64,000 bases of DNA from NCBI GenBank assembly GCA_013265495.1, contig MU058423.1, forward strand, positions 9,347,627 through 9,411,626, written 5' to 3'. Shown piece after piece: positions 1 through 11,168 of this stretch; position 1 is the first letter of the stretch, and every line of letters begins with the position of its first letter. The translations under genes were made by a program, and so were the position numbers. The stretch is from Vicugna vicugna (taxonomy: Eukaryota). Under the pieces are notes generated by a model. It did no database searches, had not been told where the DNA came from, and saw nothing but the letters and a program-made list of their open reading frames with translations.

Positions 1-290
1 AAACTAAACATTAGTTCTGATTATCAGAAAAGTTTCATGAATGAATTGTGATTTTTGCTAAACCTTGACAAATATCTTGTATTTAGCAGGTAGAAATTAG
101 GGAGACAAGGGAACAGAATGAGCAAATGTGGAAAGGCGGGAATGAGTCTTTGTGTTTAGTGAATTGATATAGTCAGCGGTACTTCCTGGGAATGCAATGA
201 GACTATTGTAAGTGTGGCCAGATGATGGAGTGCTTTAAATGTTAGAAAGAGGATGCATTTAACTCTATAAGCAGTGGTAAACCACAGCAC

Positions 291-901
291 TGTTGTCAAA
301 CCTAAGTGCATGTGCCTGAGGCACAGTGAGGTCAAACAAATAGAAGTGGGAGTTTGGAGGAGAGAAATATTTATCGCAAGGACCAAGTAAGGAGAACCTG
401 CGGCTCTTGATTAAAAGACTTGAACTCCCTGATGGTTTTCAGGGAAGAGTGTTTAAAGGCAATATTTAGGATGAGGGCTGCAGGGTGTATGACTTTCTTC
501 TGATTGGTAGATGGTGAGGTGACAGGGCTCTATTCTAGGAATCTCAGTCATCAACTGTCTAGTTCCCATCAGTCTGGGATCTCAGCATGTAGTCACCATT
601 CTCCATCTGGGTAGGGGGACCTTAGTTCCCGTAAACAACTCAAAGATACGATCAGATTTTTCTGTGTATCCCTTGAGCAAGAACTAGGACTCTGCTTCAT
701 CATTGCGCTATTGTTTCTTGACCGCTTTTCCTTTGTTTCTGCATCCCCTCACTTCCCTAATTAGTAATGGAATGAATCTGCCCTTTGGAACTCAGGGAAA
801 TTCTAAGAGGCTGATGAAGCCTTTCTTCTACAAACGAGAAACAGGGGACACAGAAAGGCTTTTGTACCTGCGAGGGCCCCACAGGACTCTGCTTCATTTC
901 A
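291..901 (-). mobile_element. Solo ERV LTR (ERV1-like)
   Basis: TG...CA termini. The minus strand begins TGAAATGAAGCAGAGTCCTGTGGGG, homologous to the LTR at 1536. Confidence 0.7.
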
Positions 902-1312
902 GGATATTACTGATAAAAGTAATACTTTAGGAAGATTAATCTGATGTTGCACTGTTGTCGGCAGGATTAATGGGGATCATGAGAGATGAATTAGAGAAAC
1001 TAGTTAAAAAGCTACTAATATAGTTCAAAGAACTTGAGCATAGATAATTATAGTGCATACTTTTTACTGAACATTTTTACATTCAGACATTGAACTAAGC
1101 ACTTTGCATGTATTATTTCAGTGACTCCTCGCAACAATATTATGAGGAAAGAATTATGATCTTCATTTTATGATGAGGAAACAGATTCACAGAAGTCCAA
1201 ATCACAAAGTTTAGTGAAGGAGCTGATCTTTAAATCGTGGGTGAACTGATTCCCAAGCACCATGTTCCTCTGCTTAGAAAAAATGATGGGAAGAAGACCT
1301 ACGTGTAAGTTT

Positions 1313-2477
1313 TGTAGGGCAACAAAATGTACCACCCAAAATGTGTCTCTTTGGCATGAAGATTAATTTAGGCTGATTGTATGTAAGAAACAGAAGGCTC
1401 AGAAAGTCTCTCTTCTACCTTCCCTTTAGCTGCCTAAAGAATTTAGATAAAGGGTCTATTTCAAAATAGACCTATTACCAGAGACATGGGCTAGGTGTGG
1501 TGGGGGAAACTCAGCTGGGGCTAGCAATCAGAGTCTGAAATTGAGCAGGACCCTGTGGGGGCCTCCTGGATACAAATTCTTTCCATGTCCCCCCATTTCT
1601 TGTTTGTAGGAAATAGGCTTCATTCCTTGCCTCCTTGACCTTCCCTGAATACCAAAGGGCAGATTCAAGAAGTTGCTAATCAGGGAAGGGAGGGAATGCA
1701 GAAACAACAGAGAAGCAGTCAAGAAGCAATGGGGCAGGGTCTTGGTTCCTCTTCAGGGAATATAGATAACAATATATCTTTGAGTTTGTTTGCAGGAACT
1801 AAGGCCCCCACCCAGGTGGAGAACGGTAACTTAAGGCTGAGCACTAGGAGGATGGTAATTTCAGCCCAGAACACCACCTTGTTATCTCACTACCAACCAA
1901 TCAGAAGAAAGTCTGCACACAGTGGAAGATGACAAAGACTCTGATCCCACACCCAAATGGTTACCTGCAGTTAACTTCCCCTTTCTCTCTTTAAAACTGT
2001 AAAGATCAAGCAGAATCTTCAGAGTTGGTTCTTGGAAATGCGTTTGCCTTCTCCTCAGGTAGCTGGCCTTTTTAAATAAAGCAATCTCTTTTCCAACTAA
2101 CACTTGCCGTAGTGGTTCGTAGCCGAACGTGAGTTTGGTAGCAATCCATTCTGTGTCTCATAGTCTCTGCGTGGCCTAGCAAACATTTATTTACTAAACA
2201 TTTGCTTTTTGATCTCTATAACAAATGCCTTCCTCCCCTTTGAAGTCCCCAGATCACTACCCCCAACATTTTCTTTTGTCTTTAACTGAAGATGGTATTT
2301 AAGGTGAGGATTTAGGCCATTTAGGCAAGTTACTCAATTTTCCTAGGTCTCTCTCCTGTATAACTGTTATTAAACTTTTGTTTGATTTTTTCCTGTTATT
2401 CTGTCTCTTATCAATTTAATTCTTGGGCTAGCCAGAGGAAGCTAGAAGGGCAGAGGAAAACGTCTTCCTCCCTGACA
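1313..2477 (+). mobile_element. Solo ERV LTR, interrupted by a nested LTR
   Basis: TGTAGGGC...CCCTGACA termini, ATTAAA near 2368, flanks gttt/gtat (degenerate 4-bp TSD). Confidence 0.65.
1536..2143 (+). mobile_element. Nested solo ERV LTR
   Basis: TGAAATTGAGCAGGACCC...TTTGGTAGCA; AATAAA at 2075-2080. Confidence 0.7.
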
Positions 2478-3006
2478 GTATTGAGAGAGAAGGAACTGAT
2501 AATTGACTTGGGGAAATATTAAAAGCAGTTGGTTTCAACATTTTGGTCTGTTACCCACAGTAAGAAGTACATTTTATCTCACAAGCAAGGACAGAACTAC
2601 TCACAGATATAGTCAGGAAAACTCATAAAACAGCATTTATTTACCCTTATCATATAATGCACTCTAATCATTTCTTTTCTGTTTTATTTCACTAATATTT
2701 TTTCTGATTGTGACCACTAGAGATTTATAATCCACTAACAAATGATTTGTGGCTCTAGATTGAAAAACTCTGAGCTATGAAAAGGACAAAAAGTTTAAAG
2801 TCATTTCCAGATTTAGCTTGAGTGTTGAGGAAAATGGGTACCATGGATTGATAAAAATAAGACATTGAAAAGAGGAGTTGATTAAGTTTCCCATGGCTAG
2901 AGTTGTAAAAGGAAAATGGCAATGGAGTTGATGTTGCTAAGAGAGCTCTGTAAAATGAACCCAGAGGCCACTGAGGAGGTGTGACTTGTGTGCATGTCAG
3001 CATGGA

Positions 3007-3336
3007 TGAAATCTGTCATTTTGATTCTCATTGTCCAACTTAGGTTCCTTGTTGGACCCTTACCCAAGGGTGGCTCTTGGCAGCCTATCTGCTTGTTGGA
3101 TCCTTGCCCTAAGGCAGCTCATGTTTCCTTGAGGATAAATGTTTCCCTACTTGCACTGGGGTCAATCATGGTTCTTTGGCAGCTGTGTGGCTTTTGTTTC
3201 CGTGGGCCCTGGACTCTTTCTCTTCCCCAGAACACTCTTGGTTTTCCTTGAATCTGTGTCTCCCAAATTGCAATTCCTTAGACCTCAAATCAAGCTCTTT
3301 GTTCTTTGCAGTCTCAATATTGATTATTGCTTGACA
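3007..3336 (+). mobile_element. LTR fragment (approximate)
   Basis: LTR U5-like 3' end (…aattccttagacctcaaatcaagctc…ttgaca). Confidence 0.4.
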
Positions 3337-3337
3337 C

Positions 3338-3834
3338 AAATTGCTATAAACTTGGTAGCAAAACCAAAAAACAAACAAACAAACAAAAAACAACAGAAGT
3401 TTATTCTCTCACAGTTCTGGAGGCCAAAAGTTCGAAATCACTATCACTGGACCAAAGTGAAGGTGTTAGCAGAACCACACTCCCTCCAGAGAATCTAGGT
3501 GAGGATCTGTTCCTTGTCTCTTCCAGCCTCTGGTAGCTGCTGGCATTCCTTGGGTTGTGGCTACATCCCTCCAGTCTTACCTCTGTGGTCACATTGTCTT
3601 CTCCTCTTCTTATGTATGCAATCTTTTTCTTCCTCTCTTTTAGGGATATTTGTGTTTGCTGTTTGGACACACCTGGATAATCCAGGATAATCTCTCTATC
3701 TCAAGATTCTTAACTCAGTGACATCTGCAACCTCCCTTCCTCCCTCTTTCTTTTGTCCATATAAGGTAACATTCGTAGGTTCCAAGGATTAGGATACAGA
3801 TAGCTTTTTGGAGACCATTATTCAGCCTTCTACA
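3338..3834 (-). mobile_element. MaLR LTR (MLT1 family)
   Basis: Characteristic tttattctctcacagttctggaggcc and accattattcagccttctaca segments. Confidence 0.8.
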
Positions 3835-4769
3835 AGTGTTGGTAGAGGAGAAAGTAGAGTGAGTTCAGTTTCTGAGTGGCAAAATGTTCAATTGGCTTGA
3901 AAGCAAGAAAACAAGATTTGAATTTATTACTATATAAAATGTGAGGGCTGTAATTGTATATTGAGTGTTTATTAACATCAAGGAGAAAGTTGAAGCTATA
4001 AGAGTGGAGGTGTTTATGCAAATGCAAACCCAACTCATCTTCATAAAACATACAGTGTTTGCTGTTGGACAAAGAACATGGTCAGGTCAGATGTTTGGAA
4101 AGCTACAAGACTGCATGTCTACAGGCACATGGGCTCACCAGGTAATTGTGCCCCTTCCTTTCTTCCTTCCACCTCTTCCATCCCTCTCTCCTTTCTTCCC
4201 TTCTTCATTCCTTCCTTCTCTTCCTTTCTTTCTCTTATCATCCACCTAAGAAGTCATAATTTATTAGAGCAGATGGATGGCCACTTTGTACAAATATAGG
4301 TTAGTGCCTAGCACAGAATCTGCCATATAGTAGGTGTTTGACAAAATATTTTTTGGTTGATTGTGATCATTCCTTTTTTTAAAAAGTGACCCTTCACACT
4401 AAAAATCTAGTACTGCTCTGGTCCATTATGAGCCTCTTCTTGGCCATCAAAAAGCTGCATTCAGAATTTGGCATGAGACCTTAGAGAATATATAGTTCTG
4501 GTTGTAGCCCCTCATTTTCATTCTTGAATGCAACAAAAGCAGAGAGGATAAGTGATTTTTCCCAGGATGATCTAGTGTTCTTTTTACCACACTCCTTTGC
4601 CTTTCACATTCATTTTAAGCCAGGCTTCTCTTGAGTTTATCTGTCAACCTGAAGAAGCAGTATTATTACAAAAATGGGGTAGTACTCAGGTCTTATTTTC
4701 CTCAAAAGCAAAATGCTTCATTCCATTGGGACCCAGAGTAGATCCAGTCTTATACCCTATATCTGCTTC

Positions 4770-4930
4770 CTGTAGCAACTTTGGAAATGTGTAGTGGCAT
4801 TTTTTGGATTATCACTATTGATGGATAGAGCAGGGCTTCTGGTATTTAATAGCTGAAGTAATGGAGTGCTTAGACATTCTACAATGAGCAGGACAGTATG
4901 TCACAACAAAGAACTATCTCACTTGAAAAT
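4770..4930. mobile_element. MER20-like hAT DNA transposon fragment (approximate)
   Basis: acattctacaatgagcaggacag...acaacaaagaactatc resembles the recalled MER20 consensus. Confidence 0.5.
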
Positions 4931-6386
4931 AATTGCTAGAAGGCAATGTCCTATTCCACAAAGAGTTATCCTCTATGTGTTTATATTAGAGTAGACTGCT
5001 ATAACTTCAGGTCATCTCCAAGTGATTTTATAGTGAAAAAATTATGGTGAAAGTAAAAATATTTTTGAAGAGATTAATTTTGTCTAGATAAGTCAAAACT
5101 GGGTCTCAGTAATAATTTTAGTTACCTTTGAAGACACAGATAACTCTAGCCAGGGGTTGGGTCAAGTGACAGATTTTCTTCAGGATCATTCATCACAGAG
5201 AAGTCATTGTGTGGAATAATTTAAGGAATAGGCTGTGTTTAGAGGAGCATAATGTGAAGTGACCTTGAACTGATGGGTGAGAAAAATGTGAAGAAGGATA
5301 TTGCTATTACTCATCTAATGCTGAGAATGGCTTTGTGTCGTGAGAGAACACGTAAAATGCAGATTTAGTGAACAGAGTTTGGTCAGAAGTTCATGGATAA
5401 TTTTGGAGCAATATCTTATTTTGAAGCACTGGGAAGATGGGGCATTTCATTTATAATTCAAAACTTCTTTTTTTGCTTTTAAGCACCATTTATTAAATAC
5501 TTAGTTTTGTGCCAGGCACTGTGATATATAGATATTATTTCATTTGGCCATCTGCCTATGGAATCTGGACATTCATTCAGTAATAAGTAGTAAGTGAAGA
5601 TTTTTTGTGCAGGAGAATGACATGATGTGAGTTATACCTTAGAAAGATAAACATGATAGCATGTGGGATAGCTAACTGGGTTGATGAGAAGCTGGAGGCA
5701 ACTAGTGGGTAATGACCATAGTCCACTTAGGGAGTAATGAGGACAGAAGCCAGAATGATGGCAGTGGAGATAGACAAGAGGGGGTGAATTTGGATGAGAT
5801 GGACATAATTAAAGGCCAGGTGAGAATCAGTCCATTTTAGACAATCGGTTTGGATTTATTGAGTTGAGGGAGTCTGATCAATTGGAGATGTTCCACTTGA
5901 ATGTACTTTTTATGAAATGCTGACTATAATAGGAGAGTTTATAAGTTTGGTCCATCAGACCTCATTTGGACTTGGCAGTGAAGCTCAGTGTAGAGAGTTG
6001 ATAATTCTGGCTTAGAACCCTGTCTACCACTTTCCTTTCCCTGACCTTGGGTTATTTACTTAGCCAGGCACAACCTTAGCCCTCTCAGCTGCATAATGTC
6101 CAAAACAAATACCTTTCACCTAGAGTCCTTGTGAGACTTAGGAAAATCAAGTGCCTTGGCCAAAATGGATGGTTAATATTGTTCTTGCTGTACTTCATTT
6201 GCCTTATTCACTCTCATTCTCTCCTAAGTGTGCAGTGGAATTTTCCAGTGGCTACATGATCTGTTACATGTTATTGCAGCAGATTGAATACAGAAGCAGA
6301 TATGAGAATCCAACTGTCTTCTATTAACCCAGGCACATATACGAGATTTGTAAAAATTTAAACAGTAGTACTCTTCTCACTAAATT

Positions 6387-6991
6387 TTTTTTCCATTTTT
6401 TAGAACATTTTTAATTGAATTATAGTCAGTTTACAGTGTTGTGTCAATTTCCAATGTAGAGCACACTTTTTCAGTTATACATGAACATACATATATTCAT
6501 CATCACATTCTTTTTCACTGTGAGCTACCAGAAGATCTTGTATATATTTCCCTGTGCTATACAGTATAATCTTGTTTACCTATTCTACATATGCCTGTCA
6601 GTATCTACAAATTTCAAACTCCCAGTCTGTCCCTTCCCACCTGCCTCCCCCTTGGCAACCACAAGTTTGTATTCTATGTCTATGAGTCTGTTTCTGTTTT
6701 GTATTTATGTTCTTCTTCTTCTTCTTCTTTTTTTTTTAGATTCCAAATGTGAGTGATCTCATATAGTATTTTTCTTTCTCTTTCTGGCTTACTTCACTTA
6801 GAATGGCATTCTCCAGGGGCATTCATGTTGCTGCAAATGGTGTTATGTTGTCATTTTTTATGACTGAATAGTATTCCGTTGTATAAATATACCACATCTT
6901 CTTTATCCAGTCATCTGTCGATGAACATTTAGGCTGTTTCCATGTCTTAGCTATTGTAAATAGTGCTGCTATGAACACTGGGGTGCAGGTG
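6387..6991 (-). mobile_element. 5'-truncated L1
   Basis: L1 3' end with T-rich tail on the + strand; perfect 15-bp TSD tcttctcactaaatt (6372-6386, 6992-7006). Confidence 0.9.
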
Positions 6992-7097
6992 TCTTCTCAC
7001 TAAATTCTTATATTTAAAAAACAACTATAAAAGCAATAGTAAAAAGTTTTGTCAGTATATAATGAGTTTATTATTGTCATTTAAAAATGAATTTGCG

Positions 7098-8479
7098 TCT
7101 GGTGCGAGGGCGTGTTCTAACTTTTTTGATTCGCATGCAGCTGACCAGATTTCCCAACACCAACTGCTAAAGAGACTGTCTTTTCTCCATTGTATTTTCT
7201 TCCCTCTTTTGTCAAAGATTAATTGACCATAGGTGTGTGGGATAATAGTTTAAAGACTTAAATATAGGACATGACACCATAAAACTCCTAGAAGAGAACA
7301 TAGGCAAAACATTCTCTGACATAAATTATAGCAATACTTTCTTAGATCAGTCTCTCAAGGCTAATAAAAAATCAAAGCAAAAATTAACAAATGGGACCTA
7401 ATCAAACTTATATGCTTTTGCACAGCAAAGGAAACCATAAACAAAATGAAAAGACAACCTGTGGACTGGGAGAAAATATTTACAAGTGACGCAACCAACA
7501 AGGGCTTAATTTCCAGAATATACACACAGCTTATACAGCTTAATATCAAAAAAATTTTTAAAATAAGCAAAAGACCTAAATAGATATTTCTCCAAAGAAG
7601 ACTTGCAGATGGCCAACAGGCACATGAAAAGATGCTCCACTTTACTAATTATTAGAGAAATGCAAATCAAAACTACAATGAGGTATCACCTCACACCAAT
7701 CAAAACGGTCATCATGAAAAAGTCTATAAATAATAAATGCTGGAGAGAGTGGAGAAAGGCAAACTCTCCTACACTGTTGATAGGAATGTAAATTGGTGCA
7801 GCTACTGTGGAGAACAGTATGAAGGTTCCTGAAAAATCTAAAAATAGAGTTACTATATGATCCAGCAATCCTACTCCTGGGCATATATCCAGAAAAGATG
7901 AAAACTCTAATTCGAAAAGATGTATGCAACTCAATGTTCATAGCAGCACTATTTACAAAAACAAGACTTGGAAGCAACCTAAATGTCTATCAATAGATGA
8001 ATGGATAAAGAAAATGTGGTCCATATGTAAAATGGATTAGTACTCAGCCATGAAAGAATGAATATTGCCATTTGCAGCAACATGGGTGGACCTAGAGATT
8101 ATCATACTAAATGGGGTAAGTCAGACAAAGATAAATATCATATGATATCACTTATATGTTGAATCTACAAAAAAAAAGATACAAATGAACTTATTTACAA
8201 AACAGCAACAGACTCACAGACGTAGAAAATAAGTTTATGGTTACCAAAGAGGGGAGGGGAGAAGGGATAAATTAGGAGTTTGGGATTAACAGATACACCC
8301 TACTATATATAAAATAGATAAACAACAAGGACCTACTGTGTAGCACAGGGAAATATATTCAATATCTTGTAATAAACTGTAATGGAAAAGGATCTGAAAA
8401 AGAATTATGTGTATAACTGAATCACTTTGCTGTACAGCTGAAAGTAACAGAACATTGTAAATCAACTATACTTCAATTA
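7098..8479 (+). mobile_element. 5'-inverted (twin-primed) L1
   Basis: 7098-7241 is antisense L1 ORF2; 7242-8479 is sense ORF2 end plus 3' UTR. ORF 7603-7791 is ORF2-like ([13 protein letters not shown]). TSD aaaaatgaatttgcg / aaaaatcaatttgtg. Confidence 0.88.
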
Positions 8480-9238
8480 AAAAATCAATTTGTGGGATTT
8501 GTAAATATTTAAGTATTTCTCAGTTCTAATTTTTAATACCATAGATATTGACAGATATCACCCCCATAGCCAAACATCTCTGGGGCAGCAATAATTTTTA
8601 GGAGTTGCAAAGGGGTCCTGAAACCAGAAAATTTAAGAACTGCTAATTTAGAGACAGAGAGTGGGATCCAGTAGAATAGTATCAACTTCTCAGAGTCCGA
8701 GATCCACTGAACATTTTAATAAATTTAGTTCCCTTTCTGGCAGCTGACAAGCAAGTGATGAAGAAAGAGCCTGGTAGAGGTGAACTTCTGGGAGGAAGTG
8801 ATAAGAGAAATTATAACTGGGGGCATGAAGGGAAACGATAGGCCTGGAAAGGGTGGCTTTAGATAGAGCTAAATCTCCCCGTTCAGCTTTCTCCTATACC
8901 ATACTGCTTCCTAAGAGTGCTTCAGGATGAAGGATTATGATAGTATATTCTAAGAATTGCTTTATTGCTTTTGGTGTGTAGAGTATCCACTGGGGCCTAT
9001 TCCTGGAAAGAGTCTCCTTATAACTGTAGAAAGTGATTTCACCACCTGAGGCTTTATATAGAAGGACTGAAGATCAACTGACTTATGTTTAAGTTCATTC
9101 ACGTTCCAAGCAGCTTTAGGACAGAAAACCAGCGCTGTGTCTTCCTTAATTAAAGCCTTTCTTTAAAATCCTGTAGAGGGGGCATTTGTTACTTGTGCCA
9201 AGTTTCTGAAGAGAAAGATTAAAGTGATGGTGTTTCTC

Positions 9239-10252
9239 TGATGCAGAAAAACAGATGTGGGGTGTGAGGAGGGCCGTGTCCCAGGTCTCGATGGAGCCTC
9301 TGGGATGTGTCCTATCAGGTGTGGGTCCTTGGCTTCCAGAAGGAAAGAATTAAAGAGCAAGCCACAGTTGAGTAAAGGTAGATTTATTTAGAGAGATACA
9401 TACTGCATAGAGTGTAGGCTGTTTCAAAAGGTAAGAGAAGGGCTGTGAGGAATAGGGATTGGGTGCTCAGGTTAAAGGAAAAGTAGGTACATGCTCCACA
9501 GACAGAGTGCAGGCCATTTCCGAAGAGGAGGAAGAGAGAGAGGCGGCCACAAGGCATGGTGTTGCCAGTTTTTATGGGCTCAGCAGTTTCACGCCTACAA
9601 GTGGGAGGACTATTCCAGCTACCCTGGGAAAGGGGCTGGGATTCCCAGGAATTTGACTACCACCTACTCTTTGACCTTCTGTGGTTAGCCTTGGGACTGT
9701 CATGGTCCTGTGGGCATGCTATTTATCATGCTAATGTTACAATGAGCATATAAAACATACTGCATAGAGTGTAGGCTGTTTCAAAAGGTAAGAGAAGGGC
9801 TGTGAGGAATAGGGATTGGGTGCTCAGGTTAAAGGAAAAGTAGGTACATGCTCCACAGACAGAGTGCAGGCCATTTCCGAAGAGGAGGAAGAGAGAGAGG
9901 CGGCCACAAGGCATGGTGTTGCCAGTTTTTATGGGCTCAGCAGTTTCACGCCTACAAGTGGGAGGACTATTCCAGCTACCCTGGGAAAGGGGCTGGGATT
10001 CCCAGGAATTTGACTACCACCTACTCTTTGACCTTCTGTGGTTAGCCTTGGGACTGTCATGGTCCTGTGAGCATGCTATTTATCATGCTAATGTTACAAT
10101 GAGCATATAATGAAGCTCCAGGTCTACTAGAAGTCAAATCTCACGCCACCTTAATTCTCAAGACCTACTGGGAGTGGAATCTTATGCCATTTTGGTGTTA
10201 ATTACTATTATTCCTTGAATTGCTGTGCCTTGCCCCCTTCCCTCCTATCTCA
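9239..10252 (-). mobile_element. Solo ERV LTR with internal tandem duplication
   Basis: Minus strand TGAGATAGG...TCTGCATCA; minus-strand AATAAA at 9383-9388; TATA-like CATAAAAA; flanks tctc/tttc. Confidence 0.8.
9398..10110. repeat. Tandem duplication, 2 x 357 bp
   Basis: Copies start at 9398 and 9755. The only difference I saw is G9713/A10070. The ORF track shows duplicated peptides offset by 357. Confidence 0.97.
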
Positions 10253-11099
10253 TTTCGTCTCTCCTCTCCCCCTTTTGAAGTGGTTTTAGAGAGTTTACTA
10301 GTGTTGATTGCCAAACAGTGATCACAGGTCAAGGCGAGTGTGACAAAGTATTTTCCAGTCTGCACACGTTAGTCATAGTCTGAAGTGGGGTATTTAATAT
10401 TTCCAGAACATTGTCTTTTCCTAGCCCAGAAAATTTTCTTTTGCAAAAGAATCTTGAGAATACAAAGATTAAAGGCTTAAAAAGAAATAAAAACAAACAA
10501 AACTTCTAAATTCCAAGGTAAATTTTGCACAGTAAAAGAATTCTTTTGCATTATGTCATTTACGCTCTCAAAGGAAAGTTTTCAGTTCTATGCAATTTGA
10601 TTCTATTACACCTTTTGTGGTTAATTGAAATAGTTTGCTAATTACTGCTGTGCTCTAGATAGAGTTGCCAGATAAAATAGAAGGTACATTTGAATTTCAG
10701 GAAAAAAAGAATCATTTTAAAAACTATAAGTATGTCCCAAATATTGCATAGGATAGTACTTATATTAAAGAATGATTGGTTATTTATTTTAAATTTGAAT
10801 GTGACAGGGCATCCTATACTTTAATTTTCTAAACTTGGCAACTAAGCACAAATAGGTTCTTTTGTTTGTCTTTACTTAGAGCTGTATAGAACAGGCATGT
10901 ATTTTCCAATTTTTTGTCTTTAGAGTTAAAGACAAAAAATTTTCTCAGTGGAGCAATTATTTAAAAAGTGTTCCTTTGTGTAAAACAGAACACTTAATTC
11001 TCACGAATGGAGTTCTAAAACTAGTACTGGCCTTGCAAATCCAGTTTTGCAGCTTAGTTTGGGAAACGTTCCCAAACGTTATGGGTAAACTGGCTCCAC

Positions 11100-11168
11100 C
11101 CAGCTGCTGAAATCAGATACAAGTTGTAACAAAACCGGAAGTTAGATAGGCTGCCTTTGCTTCTCATG
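11100..11168 (+). promoter_or_regulatory. FRRS1: Putative FRRS1 promoter / non-coding first exon (start approximate)
   Basis: Consensus donor ATG|GTAAGT at 11168/11169, ETS-type motif ACCGGAAGT at 11134-11142, and a small local CpG cluster in non-repetitive sequence. No transcript evidence is available. Confidence 0.5.

Larger units (their letters stand above)
6230..8645. mobile_element. Charlie1-type hAT transposon remnant split in three (6230-6386, 7007-7097, 8495-8645) by two L1 insertions
   Basis: cagattgaatacagaagcagatatgagaatccaactgtcttctattaa and terminal aaaggggtcctgaaaccagaaaatttaagaactgct match recalled Charlie1. Confidence 0.7.

Noticed and set aside
7361..7977. Recurrent similar ORFs here and at 38800-39658 and 49300-50212
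   Set aside because: Sense and antisense translations of decayed L1 ORF2; not host genes or active elements.
9459..10110. Duplicated 65-aa ORFs suggesting tandem small genes
   Set aside because: All three frames are duplicated because of the 357-bp LTR duplication; there is no sign of coding function.
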